In this document: piece after piece, positions 22,246-37,575 of the stretch
How positions within the stretch are numbered: the first letter of the stretch is position 1
Layout: every line of letters starts with the position of its first letter
NCBI RefSeq assembly: GCF_964355755.1
Contig: NC_092672.1
Span: forward strand, 29,828,437 to 29,892,436
Origin: Antedon mediterranea
Taxonomy: Eukaryota > Animalia > Echinodermata
Direction of reading: 5' to 3'
Length of the DNA: 64,000 nt
Program-made: the position numbers and the translations under genes
Notes under the pieces: model-generated
The model's input: only the letters and a program-made list of their open reading frames with translations
What the model was told of the DNA's origin: nothing
Database searches by the model: none

Positions 22246-22390
22246 TTTTACATAATTAGGTAAAATGTTTACATAATTAGGTAAAACTGTTTACATAATT
22301 TGGTAAAAATGTTTACATAATTAGGTAAAAATGTTTACATAATTAGGTAAAAATGTTTACATATTATTATAAAGTTAAATTGTTTACATA
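22246..22390 (+). repeat. Minisatellite, ~22-bp unit TGTTTACATAATTAGGTAAAAA, 5-6 copies (also ~47075-47220)
   Basis: Directly visible tandem units; only 2-3 units at ~24880, ~38215 and ~49700. Confidence 0.85.
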
Positions 22391-24361
22391 TTATTAGTTA
22401 AAGTTTAGGTAGGCTTACGTTCACATCATTAGATAAAACAAAAGTTTACCTTTATTAGGTAAAAACAAAAAAAGAACATGTTACCTTATTTATTAAGTAG
22501 AAAAGGTTTACATTTTTTACTATGTTTTAAGAAATTGCATGATATTTTTGCCTAGACTGTTCGATTCACAATATCGCGTTAAAACTTGCTCTTTTGTGTT
22601 TCAACTTTGATCAACTTTATTCTGTTTTGAATTTTGTTGTAGAATATAATATTAACTAAATGTAATAAAAAATATAGTAAATACGTCATTATTGAGAGGC
22701 TGTAGTACTACGTAGCAGTTCGGTAAACTAATTGCAATTTAAAATTGTGATTTAGGCCCACTATTACCGAAAATAGAGTAAAGGGCTACATGCCTTTCTC
22801 CCTCCCTAAAAAGACATGGTAATTTCATTTACTATTTTAAAATATTTTCGAATGCGGAAGCATTGATACAAATCAAAATTGACTTTGAAAAATAAACATC
22901 ACAGATCGCTTTATATTACCGATACCGATTTAATATTTGGGATGATTTAACATTTGGGAGAGGAGAAAATCTGTCAAAAGATTATTAAATTAAATTATTA
23001 AAATTATTAAAATATGTTCTTGCTCAGACAATTATCTTTTGATAACGTCATCACGTCTACAAATTTGATTGACCTTGGTAACGTAATGTCACGTGTATTT
23101 TGTATAGAAATATTATATTATTATGAATGGTTTATTATTCTACGTGTCATTCAAAGTATATTGCGCCCCCTTTTGCTCTTATAGCTGAATTGTATTATCA
23201 TCAGAAAAATAAAATTAAAAAAAACATAACCTGACTTGGCATAAAGAAATATGGTAAAATGAATTGTATTATGCTGAACTCTATAACTAAATAAAGTTTA
23301 AAATAAAACTAATAAAAATAGAAGAAGACATAATAAAATAAATGATAATAATAAATAAATAATAAAACAATTAAAATACATATATAGATATATATATATT
23401 TATAAACACATCAGGCACAGAAAAAGAAATAACAATAAAAATAAAGGAATCAAAATAAAAGAAACATGAGACAGACAGCAAATATTTCATGACAGTTTCA
23501 AAGAAAGGAAGTTGTTCATGTTAATTCTGACTAAATGAAATGTTCAGTAAATGTATTCAGTAAACACATTTAAAGTCATTAATTTAAACAATTAGTATTG
23601 GCAGATAAATGTGATATTTAATGTTGTATATTGTTTGTTATTGCATTAAATTAGATATATATTGTACCACGGTAGAGCTTGAACGTTAACATTTCTATTC
23701 TATCATTCACAATTTATCAAACATTATCTAGTAAATTGATGTAAGAGTTTGCAAATGACAGTTGTTAGCTGATAGATAAAATAATTAACTAAATAGCCTA
23801 CAAATAACAACAATATTATAAATCAATCATTTATGTTGACGGTAGATACCTTTTGGAATAGTTTACCTGTCGACATAAACATGCTAATACCAGGGAGTTG
23901 TTATCTAATACAACCACCATTATTTGAACAGCTTTTAAAAAACTCATCTTTTCAACAAATATTTTCACCCTCGATAATCATATATCATGTGACCCGTCAC
24001 TCTCATTGTTTTTTAATCGCTATTTATTTTATTTATTTCATGGATTACATTTAATTGTATGTGAAGCACATATAATAGGCTTTATCAGGAATGAAATATT
24101 AGCAAAAGTCATGTGATTAAAGTGACCAATCAAAATGTAGAAAGCCGAGTAAGCACGATTACTTTGACTTTAAATATATAAATTGCTGAAACTTTTATTC
24201 GTTAAAAAGTCCACAATTCAGAAATTGTTGAGAATCTATTTATATGGACAATTTTTTCCGTAAATAAAGGTACCATACCAGGTTAATATAATTTTATCAC
24301 CGACATTGTATTTGTCACTATCGTATTCTAACTTAAATCCTAAACTCTAAATATTATACAG

Positions 24362-24570
24362 GTGATGAATGCCCAAAACCAAACCTTTTTCACGTTAAGC
24401 CAACTGGAACTGCGCCACCATCGGTTATAAGCCGTTTTTCTACACACTCAGTGGTCGTCTGCGCATTAGAGATGTCGCAGAAACATAAATTGTTTCGGAA
24501 TTATTTTTAATCACGAAACAAAAAGCCGTGAAGAATTTAACGGAAATAATACTGAACCAGATTTAATTCG
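24362..24570 (+). pseudogene. Orphan diverged duplicate of exon 6 (PAN-like), frameshifted
   Basis: acag|GT GAT GAA TGC CCA AAA CCA AAC..., with a +1 insertion at GCATTAGAGATG and a truncated 3' end. Confidence 0.75.
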
Positions 24571-25601
24571 TCGTGTTTAAATTATCGTGTTTCTTTTTAT
24601 TTGTTTAATAGTTACGTTACCTTTATCTATTAATGTTATATTATGTTTGTGTTGAAATGAGTACTACGTCCGGTAAAACTGTTGTTGTTGTAATTGAATA
24701 ATGCGGGAAATAAAAAAGTCAATACAATAAAGTAGAAAGAGAAAAAGAAAATAATACTAATAGAACAAATAATAAAGCAATGATTCAACATTTTTTAAAT
24801 GTTGTAAAAAGAAACAAAGACAATGTTTTTCTTTTCATCTTTTTTATAACAAGAATATTCATTTTAGTGAGTAAAAAATGTTTACAAAATTAGGTAAAAA
24901 TGTTTATATAATTATTATTATAAAGTTAAATTGCTTACATATTATTAGTTAAAGTTTAAGTTGACTTAGGTTTACATCATTAGGTAAAACAAAAGTTTAT
25001 TAAGTAGAAAACATTTACATTTTTTACTATGTTTTAAGAAATTATATTATATTTTCGCCTAGACTGTTCGATTCACAAGATCACGATAGAACTTGCGCTA
25101 GTGTGTTTCAACTTTAATCTGTTTTGAACTCGTCTATTGCAGAATATAATATTAACTAAACTTAATGAAAATATAGAAAATACGTCATTATTGATAGGCT
25201 GTAGCTAATTAGACTACAAAAATCCATCGAGATCAATGGCCATTTTTTAAATGTAGAGAAGTCTTATGCGTTGCTGTCGTCAAATAGAAATAAATAGTTA
25301 ATTAATATTGATTCATTACTACCGGTAATCTATAGTTTGGCCTAAAATATTAACAATTTCTACATTTTATGGTCAAGTTTTGTTCACTATAAATTTTAAT
25401 TATCTCTTATCTTTTTTAACACATCATGCATACTCACGTTTGTATTGTTTGTCTTGTTGTTTAAATACGTATGCAAGCGTAGTAGGATTACAATCTAAGT
25501 TTATTAACAGAAAGAAAGTAACAAACATACATACTTCGGAAGTAGATGTTCAAGTAACAAGTCAGTTCGTTTTTTACAAGAGAAAAAACTTAATCGAACT
25601 C

Positions 25602-28600
25602 ATGATGTATTTGTTTATTTGTTTTTGTTTTCTTTTCAACTTTTTGAATTCTCATGCGGGTGAGTTGATTTTTATTTTTTTCTTCAACTTATAGTAAGTA
25701 CTAATATAAACATTTTGAAATGCTATGATAGGCCAACTTGATATGTATTCTTACATCTTCAGATTGGTGTTTTATGCATTTCAGTAAAAAAGAAACTTTT
25801 GCTAAAATGCATTTAAACATAGTAAACATATATTTAAAAACAACTAATTCATAAAAACATTAAAATATAATTACAATATTTATGAGAATAGTAAAATGTA
25901 TTTAAAACACTAATTCATATAGAAAAAATATAATGTAATATTTATGAGAATATTTTTATTTTCGTGTGTTTAAAAAATGTATGTAAATATTATGATATTT
26001 GCATCCTTCTGCTTTAAAATATAATGAATATAGTTCTTTGAAAGAGAATAAAAAAAAAACGGTCTACATAATTTTAGAATCTTTTCTTTATTAAAGTACA
26101 TTTTTCTTAAACAATTTTTAATAAACGTATTTGAAAGAAATATAAAACTAATAATAAATTTAAGATAGAATAGAATTATGGGTACTTTTTAAAAAATCAT
26201 CATTTATAACCAATTAAATCAAAATAGTAGATTTCTTAATAATGTATATAAGTGTTTGATTCCTTATACTTATACTTATCTCATACATGTACTATAATGC
26301 ATAGCTCGTTGACAAATCTACATTTTGTAATAAAATAAAATCGTATTTCAGCACTCATATCTTATGGAAAGCCTGCAACATCATTGTCTGTATATCAAAG
26401 TTTTCTACCTGTATATTCGACTGACGGGAAGGAAAGAAACCCAGACTGTTTCCATTCAGGTGATATACTGTCTAGGCCACCGTAATCTAAAATAGATAAT
26501 TATGTACAGCGATCCATATATGATTATACCATCGAGAAATAAGTAATATTTCTCCATCCATTGTTATATACGAAATTCGCATGGGTTAGACCTATTTGAT
26601 TTGCGCGAGATGAAAATTGATACAAAGGCCAACAAAGGTATTTGGCGTTTTTCTACGATTTTGGCATAAAACTGATTCCATTCATGAAACTGCTATTTAT
26701 TTAAGTGTCAAGAATTGTAATTGAGGAAATTTTATTTTCGGGCTATACTGGGCCACAACAACATGGCGAATATTTATTATTGGCCGCCTTGGCTATACGC
26801 TATTTAGAGCTATAACTAAAACAGATACAAATTCATAATATAAATATTTACATTTTTTAAAGGACAAACACAGGTTGGTGAATGGCTGAAAGTTGATCTT
26901 GGAGCCGACTATACGATTACAACAGTGGTCATCATTAATAAAATAAGTAAACTTATTTATCGCAATTAATAATATCATTTTCACCTTCAATTCCACGTAC
27001 AATTATCATTTTTATACGTATTTAACTTATCATTTTACCTAATAATATATAAAAATAATATAATATATTATAAATAATATATAAATATATAAAACAATAT
27101 TATTGTTTTATATATTTGCACATTCTACCAAAGTAGTCAAGCCGCTTGTGGAAAACAAAGAAAAACTAATCCGTAAACAGAACAAAAATTACCAAATCTA
27201 GACAAAACTCCACATAACTGCTTTCCGTTTACTATAGTACAAAACTCACATTTGTTTGTTAGTTATGTGAGCGTCTCACTAGACAATACAAATCAGTAGG
27301 CTGGGGACGGACGCAATTTGTATAATTATTTGTACTCTATGAAATGATGACTTTTTGGCTTTTCCTGTTGTTGTTGCCGCCAAACAATGGGCCAGAATTC
27401 ATTTATGACATTGGTTTTTTTCTCCTTCTTTCTTATAGCCCACTTTTATTCATTCTTTCATATCCTAACATAATAATTAGAATTCTCCCTTTATATAAAC
27501 CATTATTATCTAACATATTTAACATTTGTCCACTTAAATTATTTATGTTATTTTCTGAACAAACAAGACTTATTCAAATTATGTGTCAAATCATGATTTT
27601 ACCAACAATTCATGACCAAATAATATGGGTGGTTTATTATACTTTGTGATGTATCATTCCTTAACCAGTAAAACAATTTCGTCAATGGATTTGGCCCACT
27701 GTGTGCCGCAGTCATTATTGATCGTTATGTTATTCATTGTTTATCGTTACGGTATCATTATAGATCGTTACGGTATCGTTATCGATGTCACTATCACTAT
27801 TGATATCAATATTATTATGATCATCATTACTTAAATCTTACGTACATCTTAACTTAATTAAATATTTATAAACAGCTCCATCTGATTTTAACAATGAACG
27901 AATTTCTGGTGCTGTGGTAACTATTAAAACGGATGATATGAGTACAGAAACCACGTGTGGTCATACTGTAACAATTGCCGATTCGTTACGCGCTCCATTG
28001 ATTCAATTTACCTGCAACCCACCAATCAGAGGACGCTACGTGAAACTATGGTTTCCGAATAAAATGGAATTCATTACCATTTGTGAAATTAAGGTCTACA
28101 CAGATGATTTAAGCCAAGGTAAGTTGTTAGATAAACCTTTTTTTTAAATAGTAGGCCTATTATTTTTAATTAGTTGTTGTTGTTATTTTCTTTGTTTAAC
28201 TGCCCGATATAACGACACCTACACCAGTTGAAAGTTTTCGTCCTGAATTATTTTTTTGGGATATACAAAAAGGCAATGTCTATTGATTTTCTGGAAAATC
28301 GATATATTGGTGATGTCACAAAAGTAAAAAAATAGAATATCCGAATCTTTAATAAGGGATCGAAATATTAAATATCGCGCCCTCTTTTGATCTCCCCTTT
28401 TTGTCAAGCGCTTAACTTATCTTTGTATTACTTCTTTTTCAGTTTTAATAATTTAGTTATACTCATGTACGACAAGCCAATGTACAGAGACGAGAGTGGG
28501 AAAAGATTTTGCACTCTTACCATAATTTTATAACTTGATATAATATATTTCAATAAACACAGAAAACCGTTAATAATTTGTTCATATGATACCAAAATTA

Positions 28601-29862
28601 GCCTATTCTACGTAGGTCATTTGATGTTCTAAATTTTACAGAGCCTCAGTGTGCGACTCCAATCCAAGTCAGTCCATTGAACAAGACTTTCCATTTACAA
28701 GACATATCTGGCAATGGAAATTACTTAAGTGGATCGCCTGATATAGCATTTACTACTGGTATTTATGGCGAGCAAGATGGAGCAGTATTGATAAACAAAG
28801 ATATTGGTTCGCAAATAACATTACTCTATGGACACAAAGGCCCAACTTTTACATTGGCTTTCTATGTTTTCATGAACGACAATTCGAAAAAGGCCTTCGT
28901 TTATTCCGACTCATTTGAAATTATATTTGCGTTTCCTGTTGATCATCTGTTTCATGTGTCAGAGGTAGCGGTTAATTACAACTTGTATGGTGAAGTTATT
29001 CGTTGCAATGTCATGCGTTCTGAAGAGTGGACATTCTTTGCTCTTACATTCAACGGATTCGAAAGAAAAATACGACTTTGGCGAAACGGGGAGATTGCTT
29101 GTATGACTGATACGGAATTCTCGGAAATCAATTTTGGAAGCATTGTGTTTGGTGGTGACGAGAGTGTAATGAAGATGGCTAAGCTACAGGTTTACCGTGA
29201 GAGCCTTGATGAATATGAGATCAAAGAAGCGAGAGACCTGCACAATGTTATTAGAAGTAAGAATTATTGTCTTTAGTAAATAGACATACACATCAGTTAA
29301 TGATTATGATTATCAGTTGAAATCATTGTAATCATCACCATATTCACTATCAGTGTCATCATCATCATCATCATAAATGTATTCATTTTATTTATTGTTT
29401 TGTTATCGTTATTATCAACATAATTATATATTCATTGTATTCTTGTTGTTTCTGGTGTTGGAGTCATAACTTTGTTTATGTATATTTTTTATCCTTTCTA
29501 AAATTAGTACTATAGTTTATAGTAAGGTATTTTCTAATAACAATGCCGTTTTTACTGTCGCCTTTGTCCTTTTATTCTGATTTAAAGGTAATATATATTT
29601 TTATTATTTTGCAGGTGATGAATGCTCGAAACCAAACCTTTTCCACGTCCACGTTTCCACAACTGGAAATGCGCCACCATCGGTTATAAGCCGTTCTTCT
29701 ACACACTCGGAGGTCTTCTGCGTATTGAGATGTCGCAGAAACATAAATTGTTTTGGAATTATTTATGATCACAAAACAAAAAGCTGTGAAGAATTTAACA
29801 GAAATAATTTGTTAAATATTGAGACAGATTTAATTCGCAAGTACTACGTAGCAGTTCGGTAA
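25602..29862 (+). CDS. Copy 3 of the lectin-LamG-PAN gene, 451 aa, apparently intact
   Basis: Exons 25602-25659, 26352-26459, 26863-26946, 27876-28118, 28642-29256, 29615-29862. All GT-AG, 1356 nt, open to TAA, all PAN cysteines retained. Confidence 0.85.
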
Positions 29863-30983
29863 ACTAATTGCAAGTTTAAAATTGTGATTTAGGCCTACTA
29901 TTACCGAAAATATAGTAAAAGGCTACATGGCTTTCTATCTCCCTAAAATTTATTGTGCAAAAAAGTACATAGTAATTTCATTTTTACTATTTAAAAATAT
30001 TTCGAACGCGGCAGCATTGATACAAATCAAAATTGACTTGGAAAATAAAACATCACAGATCGCTTTATATTACTGATACCGATTTTATTTAATATTGGGG
30101 ATGATTTAACATTTGGGAGAAAATCTGTCTAAAGATTATTAAATTAAATTATTAAAATTATTAAAATATGTTCTTGGTCAGGCAATTATCTTTTGATAGC
30201 GTCATCACGTCTACAAATTTGATTGACCTTGGTAACGTAATGTCACGTGTATTATGAATGGTTTATTATTCTACGTGTCATTCAAAGTATATTGCGCCCC
30301 CTTTCGCTCTTATAGCTGAATTGTATTATCATCAGAAAAATAACATTTAAAAAAACATAACCTGACATAAAGAAATATGATATATATTAATTGTATTATG
30401 CTGGACTCTATAACTAAATAAAGTTTTTACATAATAAAATAAAATGATAATAATAAATAAATAATGAAATCATAATAAAAATTGAATAAAATAGAACTTG
30501 TTCTATTGTGTTTCAACTTTATTCTGTTTTGAACTCGTCGGTTGTAGAATATAATATTAACTAAAGTTAATGAAAATATAGTAAATACGTCATTATTGAC
30601 AGGCTGTAGCTAATTAGACTACGAAAATCCATCGAGATCAATGGCCATTTTTGAAATGTAGAGAAGTCTTATGCGTTGCTGACGTCAAATAGAAATAAAT
30701 AGTTAATTAATATTGATACATTACAACCGGTAATCTATAGTTTGGCCTAAAATATTGACAATTTTTACATTTTATGGTCACAATAAATGGTAATTATCTC
30801 TTAAATTTTTTAACACATCATACATACTCACGTTTGTATTGTTTGTCTTGTTGTTTGAATATGTATGCAAGCGTAGTAGGATTACAATGTAAGTTTATTA
30901 ACAGAAAGAATGTAACCAACATACATACTTCGGAAATAGTAACAAGTCAATCCGTTTTACAAGAGAAAAACTTAATCGAACTC

Positions 30984-33900
30984 ATGATGTATTTGTTTAT
31001 TTGTTTTTGTTTTCTTTTCAACTTTTTGAATTCTCATGCGGGTGAGTTGATTCTTATTTTTTTCTTCAAATAGGTAGTACTAATACAAATTGGTGTTTTG
31101 TGCATTTCAGTAAAAAAAATTGGTATTTTTTTGGCTAAAATGCAACTAATTCATAAAAACATTCCAAATTCAATTACAATATTTATGAGAATAGTAAATA
31201 ATGTATTTAAAACACTAATTCATATAGAAAAAAAATATCATGTAATATTAATGAGAATATTTGTTTTCGTATGTTTAAAAAATATATGTAAATAATATGA
31301 TATTTGCGCTCTTCTGCTTTCAAATATAATGAATATAGTTCTTTGAATGCAAAAAGAATGAAAAAACGGTCTTCATAATTTTAGATTCTTTTCTTTATTA
31401 AAAAATAATGCGTATACATTTTTCTTATATGAAATATTTGAAAGAAATATAAAACTAATAATAAATTTAAGATTTATAGTTAATAGAATAGAATTTTGGA
31501 ACGACGATAAAGGCATCATGCACATATCGCTACTTTTTAAAGAATCTTTATTTATAACCAATTAAATCAAAATATTAGATTTCTAAATAATTTATATAAG
31601 TGTTTATACTAAATATAATACTTATCTCATAGGCCTATATGTACTATAATCCATAGCTTGTTGACAAATCTACACTTTGTAATGAAAAAAATTTTTTATT
31701 TCAGCACTCATATCTTATGGGAAGCCAGGTTCTTCACCTGTATATTCGACTGACGGGAAGGAAAGAACATACTGTTTCCATTCAGGTGATATACAGTCTA
31801 GACCACCGTAATCTAAAATAAATAATTATGTACAGCGATCCATATATGGTTATACCATGGAGAAAAAAGTTATATTTCTCCATCCATGGTTATATACAAA
31901 ATTCGCATAGGTTAGGCATATTTGGTTTGCGCGAGATGAAAATTGATACAAAGGCCAACAAAGGGATTTGGCGTTTTTTCATCGATTTTGGCATAACACT
32001 GATTCCATTCGTGAAACTGTAACAGGTTCAGCTATTTAAGTGTCAAGAATTGCAATTAAGGAAATTTTATTTTTGGGCTATACCGGGCCACAAAAATATG
32101 GCGAATATTTACTATTGGCCGCCTTGGCTATACGGTATTTAGGGCTATAACTTTACGTAAACAGATACAAATTCATAACATAAAATATTTACATTTGTTA
32201 AAGCAAAAAAACAGGTTGGTGAATGGCTGAAAGTTGATCTTGGAGCAAACTATACGATTACAACAGTGGTCATCGTTAATAGAATAAGTAAACTTTTTTA
32301 TCGCAATTATTAATGTCATTTTCACCTTACATTCCACGTACAATTATCATTTTTATACGTATTTAAATTATCATTTTACCTAATAAATATAAAAATAATA
32401 TAATATATTATAAATAATATATAAATATATAAAACAATATTATTGTTTTATATATTTGCACATTCTACGAAAGTAGTCAAGCCGCTTGTGGAAAACAAAA
32501 GAAAAACTAATCCGTAAACAAAACAAAAAATACCAAATCTAGACAAAACTCCACATAACTGCTTTCCGTTTACTATAGTACAAAACTCACATTTGTTTGT
32601 TAATTATGTAAGCATCTCACTAGACAATACAAATCAGTAGGCTGGGGACGGACGCATTTTGTATAATTATTTGTGAAATGATGACTCTTTGGCTTTTTCT
32701 GTTGTTGTTGCGGCCAAACAATGGGCCAGAATTCAAACTCTTTTGACTTTATGACATTTTGTTTTGTCCTTTTTTATAGCCCACTTTTATTCATTCTTTC
32801 CTGCATATCCTAACATAATATTTAGAATTCTCTTTTTCGTTGTATAAACCATTATTATCTAATATATTTAACATTTGTCCACTTAAATTATTTATGTTAA
32901 TTTCTGAACAAACAAGACTTATTCAAATTATGTGTCAAATCATGATTTTACCAACAATTCATGACCACGTGATTTTTCATTCCTTAACCAGTAAAACAAT
33001 TTTGTCAATAGATTTGGTCCACTGTGTGCCGTAGTCATTATTGATCGTTATGGTATTCATTTTTTATCGTTACGGTATCATTATCAATCGTTACGGTATC
33101 GTTATCGATATTGATGTCACTATCAGTATTGATCAATATTATTATGATCATCATTACTTAAATCTTACGTACATCTTAACTAAATATTTATAAACAGCTT
33201 CATCTGATTTTAACAATGAACGAATTGCTGGTGCTGTGGTAACGATTAAAACGGATGATATGAGTACACAAACCACGTGTGGTCATACTGTAACAATTGC
33301 CGATTCGTTACGCGCTCCATTGATTGAATTTACCTGCAACCCACCAATCAGAGGACGCTACGTGAAACTATGGTTTCCGAATAAAAAGGAATACATTACC
33401 ATTTGTGAAATTAAGGTCTACACAGATGATTTAAGCCAAGGTAAGTTGTTAGATAGGCCTAGTTTTTTTTTTATAATATGCCTTTTATTATTTCTTTGTT
33501 TAATTGTCCAATATAACGACACCACCTTAAAGTTTTCGTCTTGAATTATTTTTTTTGGATATACAAAGAGGCAATGACTATTGATTTTCAGGAAAATCGA
33601 AATATTGGTGATGTCACAAAAGTGAAAAATGGAGTATCTGTATCTTTAATATGGGATCGAAATATTAAATAGCGCGCCCTTTATTGATCTCCCCTTTTGT
33701 CAAGCGCTTAACTTATCATTGTATTACTTCTTTTTCAGTTTTAATAATTTTGTACGAAGCCAATGTACAGAAACGAGAGTGGGAAAAGATTTTGCACTCT
33801 TACCATAATTTTATAACTTGATATAATAACTTTTAAATAAAGACAGAAAACAGTTAACTTTTTGTTCATATGAACGTGGGTCATTTGATGTTCTCAATTT

Positions 33901-35073
33901 CTACAGAGCCTCAGTGTGCGACTCCAATCCAGGTCAGTCCATTGAACAAGACTTACTATTTAAAAGACATATCTGGCAATGGAAATTACTTAAGTGGATC
34001 ACCTGATCTAGCATTTACTACTGGTATTTATGGCGAGCAAGATGAAGCAGTATTGATAAACAAAGATATTGGTTCGCAAATAACATTACTCTATGGACAC
34101 AATTAAGGCCCGACCTTTACATTGGCTTTCTATGTTCTCATGAACGACGGTTCAAAAAAGGCCTTCGTTTATTCCGACTCATTTGAAATTATATTTGCGT
34201 TTCCTGTTGATCATCTATATCATGTGTCAGAGGTAGCAGTTAATTACAACGTGTATGGTGAAGTTATTCGTTGCCATGCCTTGCGTTCTGAAGAGTGGAC
34301 ATTCTTTGCTCTTACTTTCAACGGATTCGAAAGAAAAATACGACTTTGGAGAAACGGGGAGATTGCTTGTATGGCTGATACGGGATTCTCAGAAATCAAT
34401 TTTGGAAGCATTGTGTTTGGTGGTGACGAGAGTGTAATGAAGATGGCCAAGCTACAGGTTTACTATGAGAGCCTTGATGAATATGAGATAAAAGAAGCGA
34501 GAGACCTGGATAATGTTATTAGGAGTAAGAATTATTGTCCTTAATACACATCAGTTAATGATTATGATTATCAGTTGAAATCATTGTAATCATCATCATC
34601 ATAAACGTATTGATTTTATTTATTGTTATCCTTACTATCAACATTCATTGTATTCTTGTTATTTCTGGTTTTTGAGTCATAACTCCTTTTTATGCATATT
34701 TTTTTATCCTTTCTAATAAGTACTATAGTTTATAGTAAGTATTTCTAATAACAATGCCGTTTTTACTTTCGCCTTTGTCTTTTTATTCTGACTTATAAGT
34801 AGTATACATTTTGATTATTTTGCAGGTGATGAATGTCCGAAACCAAACCTTTTCCATGTCCACGTATCCACAACTGGAAATGCGCCACCATCGGTTGTAA
34901 GCCGTTCTTCTACACACTTGGAGGTCTTTTGCGTATTGAGATGTCGCAGAAACATAAATTGTTTTGGAATTATTTATAATCACGAAACACAAAGCTGTGA
35001 AGAATTTAACGGAAATAATTTGTCAAATATTGAGACAGATTTAATTCGCAAGTACTACGTGGCAGTTCGGTAA
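30984..35073 (+). pseudogene. Copy 4 of the lectin-LamG-PAN gene, probable pseudogene
   Basis: Exons 30984-31041, 31705-31785 (24-nt in-frame deletion between CCAG repeats), 32204-32287, 33198-33440, 33907-34524, 34826-35073. A 3-nt insertion creates an in-frame TAA at 34104-34106. Confidence 0.85.
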
Positions 35074-37575
35074 ACTGATTGCAGATTTAAAATTGTGATT
35101 TAGGCCTACTATTACCGAAAATAGAGTAAAAGGCTAAATAGCTTTCTCCCTCCCTAAAATGTATTGTGCGAAAAAGTACATAGTAATTTCATTTACAATT
35201 TTAAAATATTTCGAACGTGGCAGCATTGATACAAATCAAAATTGACTTCGAAAATAAAACATCACAGATCGCTTTATATTACCGATACCGATTTTATATT
35301 TGGGATGATTTAACATTTTGGAGAAAATCTGTCAAAAGATTATTAAATTAAATTATTAAAATTATTAAAATATGTTCTTCGTCAGGCAATTATCTTTTGA
35401 TAACGTCATCACGTCTACAAATTTGATTGACCTTGGTAACGTAATGTCACGTGTATTTTGTATAGAAATCTTATTATTATGAATGGTCCGGTTTATTATT
35501 ATACGTATATTATTTTATAAGTAAATTGCGTCCACTTTCGCACTTAAAAAAACATCTGTTTTTAAAGGTTAGTTAATGACATTTTAAAAATAGCTGAATT
35601 GTATTCATCATCAGCAAAAAAAAAAAAAAAACAAACAAAACAAATATTTAAAAAAACATAACCTAACCTGGCATAAAGAAATAAAAAATAAAAAATAAAA
35701 CTAACAAAAATAGATAAATAAAAATAAATAAAATAGAATGATAATAATAAATAAATAAATAATAAAATCATAATAAAAATATAATAATATAACAATAAAA
35801 ATACATATATATATAATATATATATAAACACATCAGACACAGAGAAAGAAATAACATTAAAAATAAAGGAATCAAAAGAAAAGAAACATGAGACAGACAG
35901 CAAATATGTCATGACAGTTTCAAAGAAAGGAAGTTTTTCATGTTAAGTCTGACTAAATGAAATTTTCAGTAAATGTAGTCAGTAAACACATTTATTTAAA
36001 GTCATTTAAACAATTAGTCAGATAAATGTGATATTTAAGGTAGTATATTGTTTGTTATTACATTGAATTAGATATATATTGTACCACGGTGGAGCTTTAA
36101 CATAAAAACATTTCACTTTTAAGCTAAAAAGGCATCTATTATCCACATATAATCACTGAATCCTAAATAATATTAATTCAAATTTCATTGATATTTTCAA
36201 TCGGTTGTTTTTGTTTACTTTGGTTTTTTTAATGATTTTTTGATATTTTTTATTTTTTGGCAGCCCACCACAAATTTACACTTTCTGGGGTTCGCCTCTC
36301 TTATTTAAAATTGTTTTTTTTTACAAACACTGTTAATAGAAAAAAGAAGAGAAATAAATGTTCGGAATAATAATAACGAAAGTTTAGCAACTTTGTGTAA
36401 ACATTTTGATTGGCATTTACAATTTATCAAAAATTATCTAGTAAATTGATGTAAGAGTTTGCAAATGACAGTTGTAGCCGATAAATAAAATAATTAACTA
36501 AATACAAATAACAACAAAATAAATCAATCATTTTTTTTTATTTGTTCACTTTTGAAAAAATGTAAAATATCATAACACATTAAGATTAAAGGAAAGGAAA
36601 TATTCAAAAAGGTTCCAATTCCACGAATTGAAAAAATGACGTTTCGTTTAATATGACTAATAATAGAGATTTTTAGACAAGAATTTCCCTTCTCATCAAT
36701 CAAAGGTTTTAATTCTGTTTTCAATTTTTACAAAAACTTTTATCTTGAATGTTTTGAACTTGATCGTTTGTATATTATTCGTTTTATTATAATAGAATTT
36801 AAAATGCATTTAAAGTCAATTCTAAAGTTTGCTAGTGTCTATTTCTTCAACTTGTTTTCTGCAGATTGTCGAAGTTTGTCAACGGGTTTATACTTGTAAA
36901 CTTTTGAAAACCTTTCTTGATAAACTCGGAGTTTCCTCGAGTTTACAGTTCTTAGGTTTACATCATTAGGTAAAACAAAAGTTTATTAAGTAGAAAACGT
37001 TTACATTTTTTACTATGTTTTAAGAAATTACATTATATTTTCGCCTAGGCTGTTCGATTCACAATATCGCGATAGAACTTGTTCTATTGTGTTTCAACTT
37101 TATTCTGTTTTGAACTCGTCGGTTGTAGAATATAATATTAACTAAAGTTAATGAAAATATAGTAAACACGTCATTATTGACAGGCTGTAGCTAATTAGAC
37201 TATGAAAATCCATCGAGATCAATGGCCATTTTTGAAATGTAGAGAAGTCTTATGTGTTGCTGACGACAAATAGAAATAAATAGTTAATTAATATTGATAC
37301 ATTACAACCGGTAATCTATAGTTTGGCCTACAATATTAACAATCTTTACATTTTATGGTCCCGTTTTGTTTACAATAAATGTTAATTATCTCTTAAATTT
37401 TTTAACACATCATACATACTCACGTTTTTATTGTTTGTCTTGTTGTTTGAATATGTATGCAAGCGTAGTAGGATTACAATGTCAGTTTATTAACAGAAAG
37501 AATTTAACCAACATACATACTTCGGAAATAGTAACACGTCAATCCGTTTTACAAGAGAAAAACTTAATCGAACTC

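Larger units (their letters stand above)
21660..30430 (+). repeat. Segmental duplication block B (near-identical to ~46480-58040 apart from a LINE inserted in the latter)
   Basis: Same extended exon 6 type, same minisatellite, same orphan exon 6 and the same copy-3/7 gene. Offset is ~24,820 before and ~27,610 after the LINE at 52026-54815. Confidence 0.85.

Noticed and set aside
22246-22390. Possible CRISPR-like array
   Set aside because: No unique spacers, eukaryotic intron-containing context and no cas genes; it is a minisatellite.
23833-24054. ORF MLTVDTFWNSLPVDIN... (also 48682-48903)
   Set aside because: WNSLP resembles a decayed LINE ORF2 C-terminus, but it is too short to call; not a host gene.
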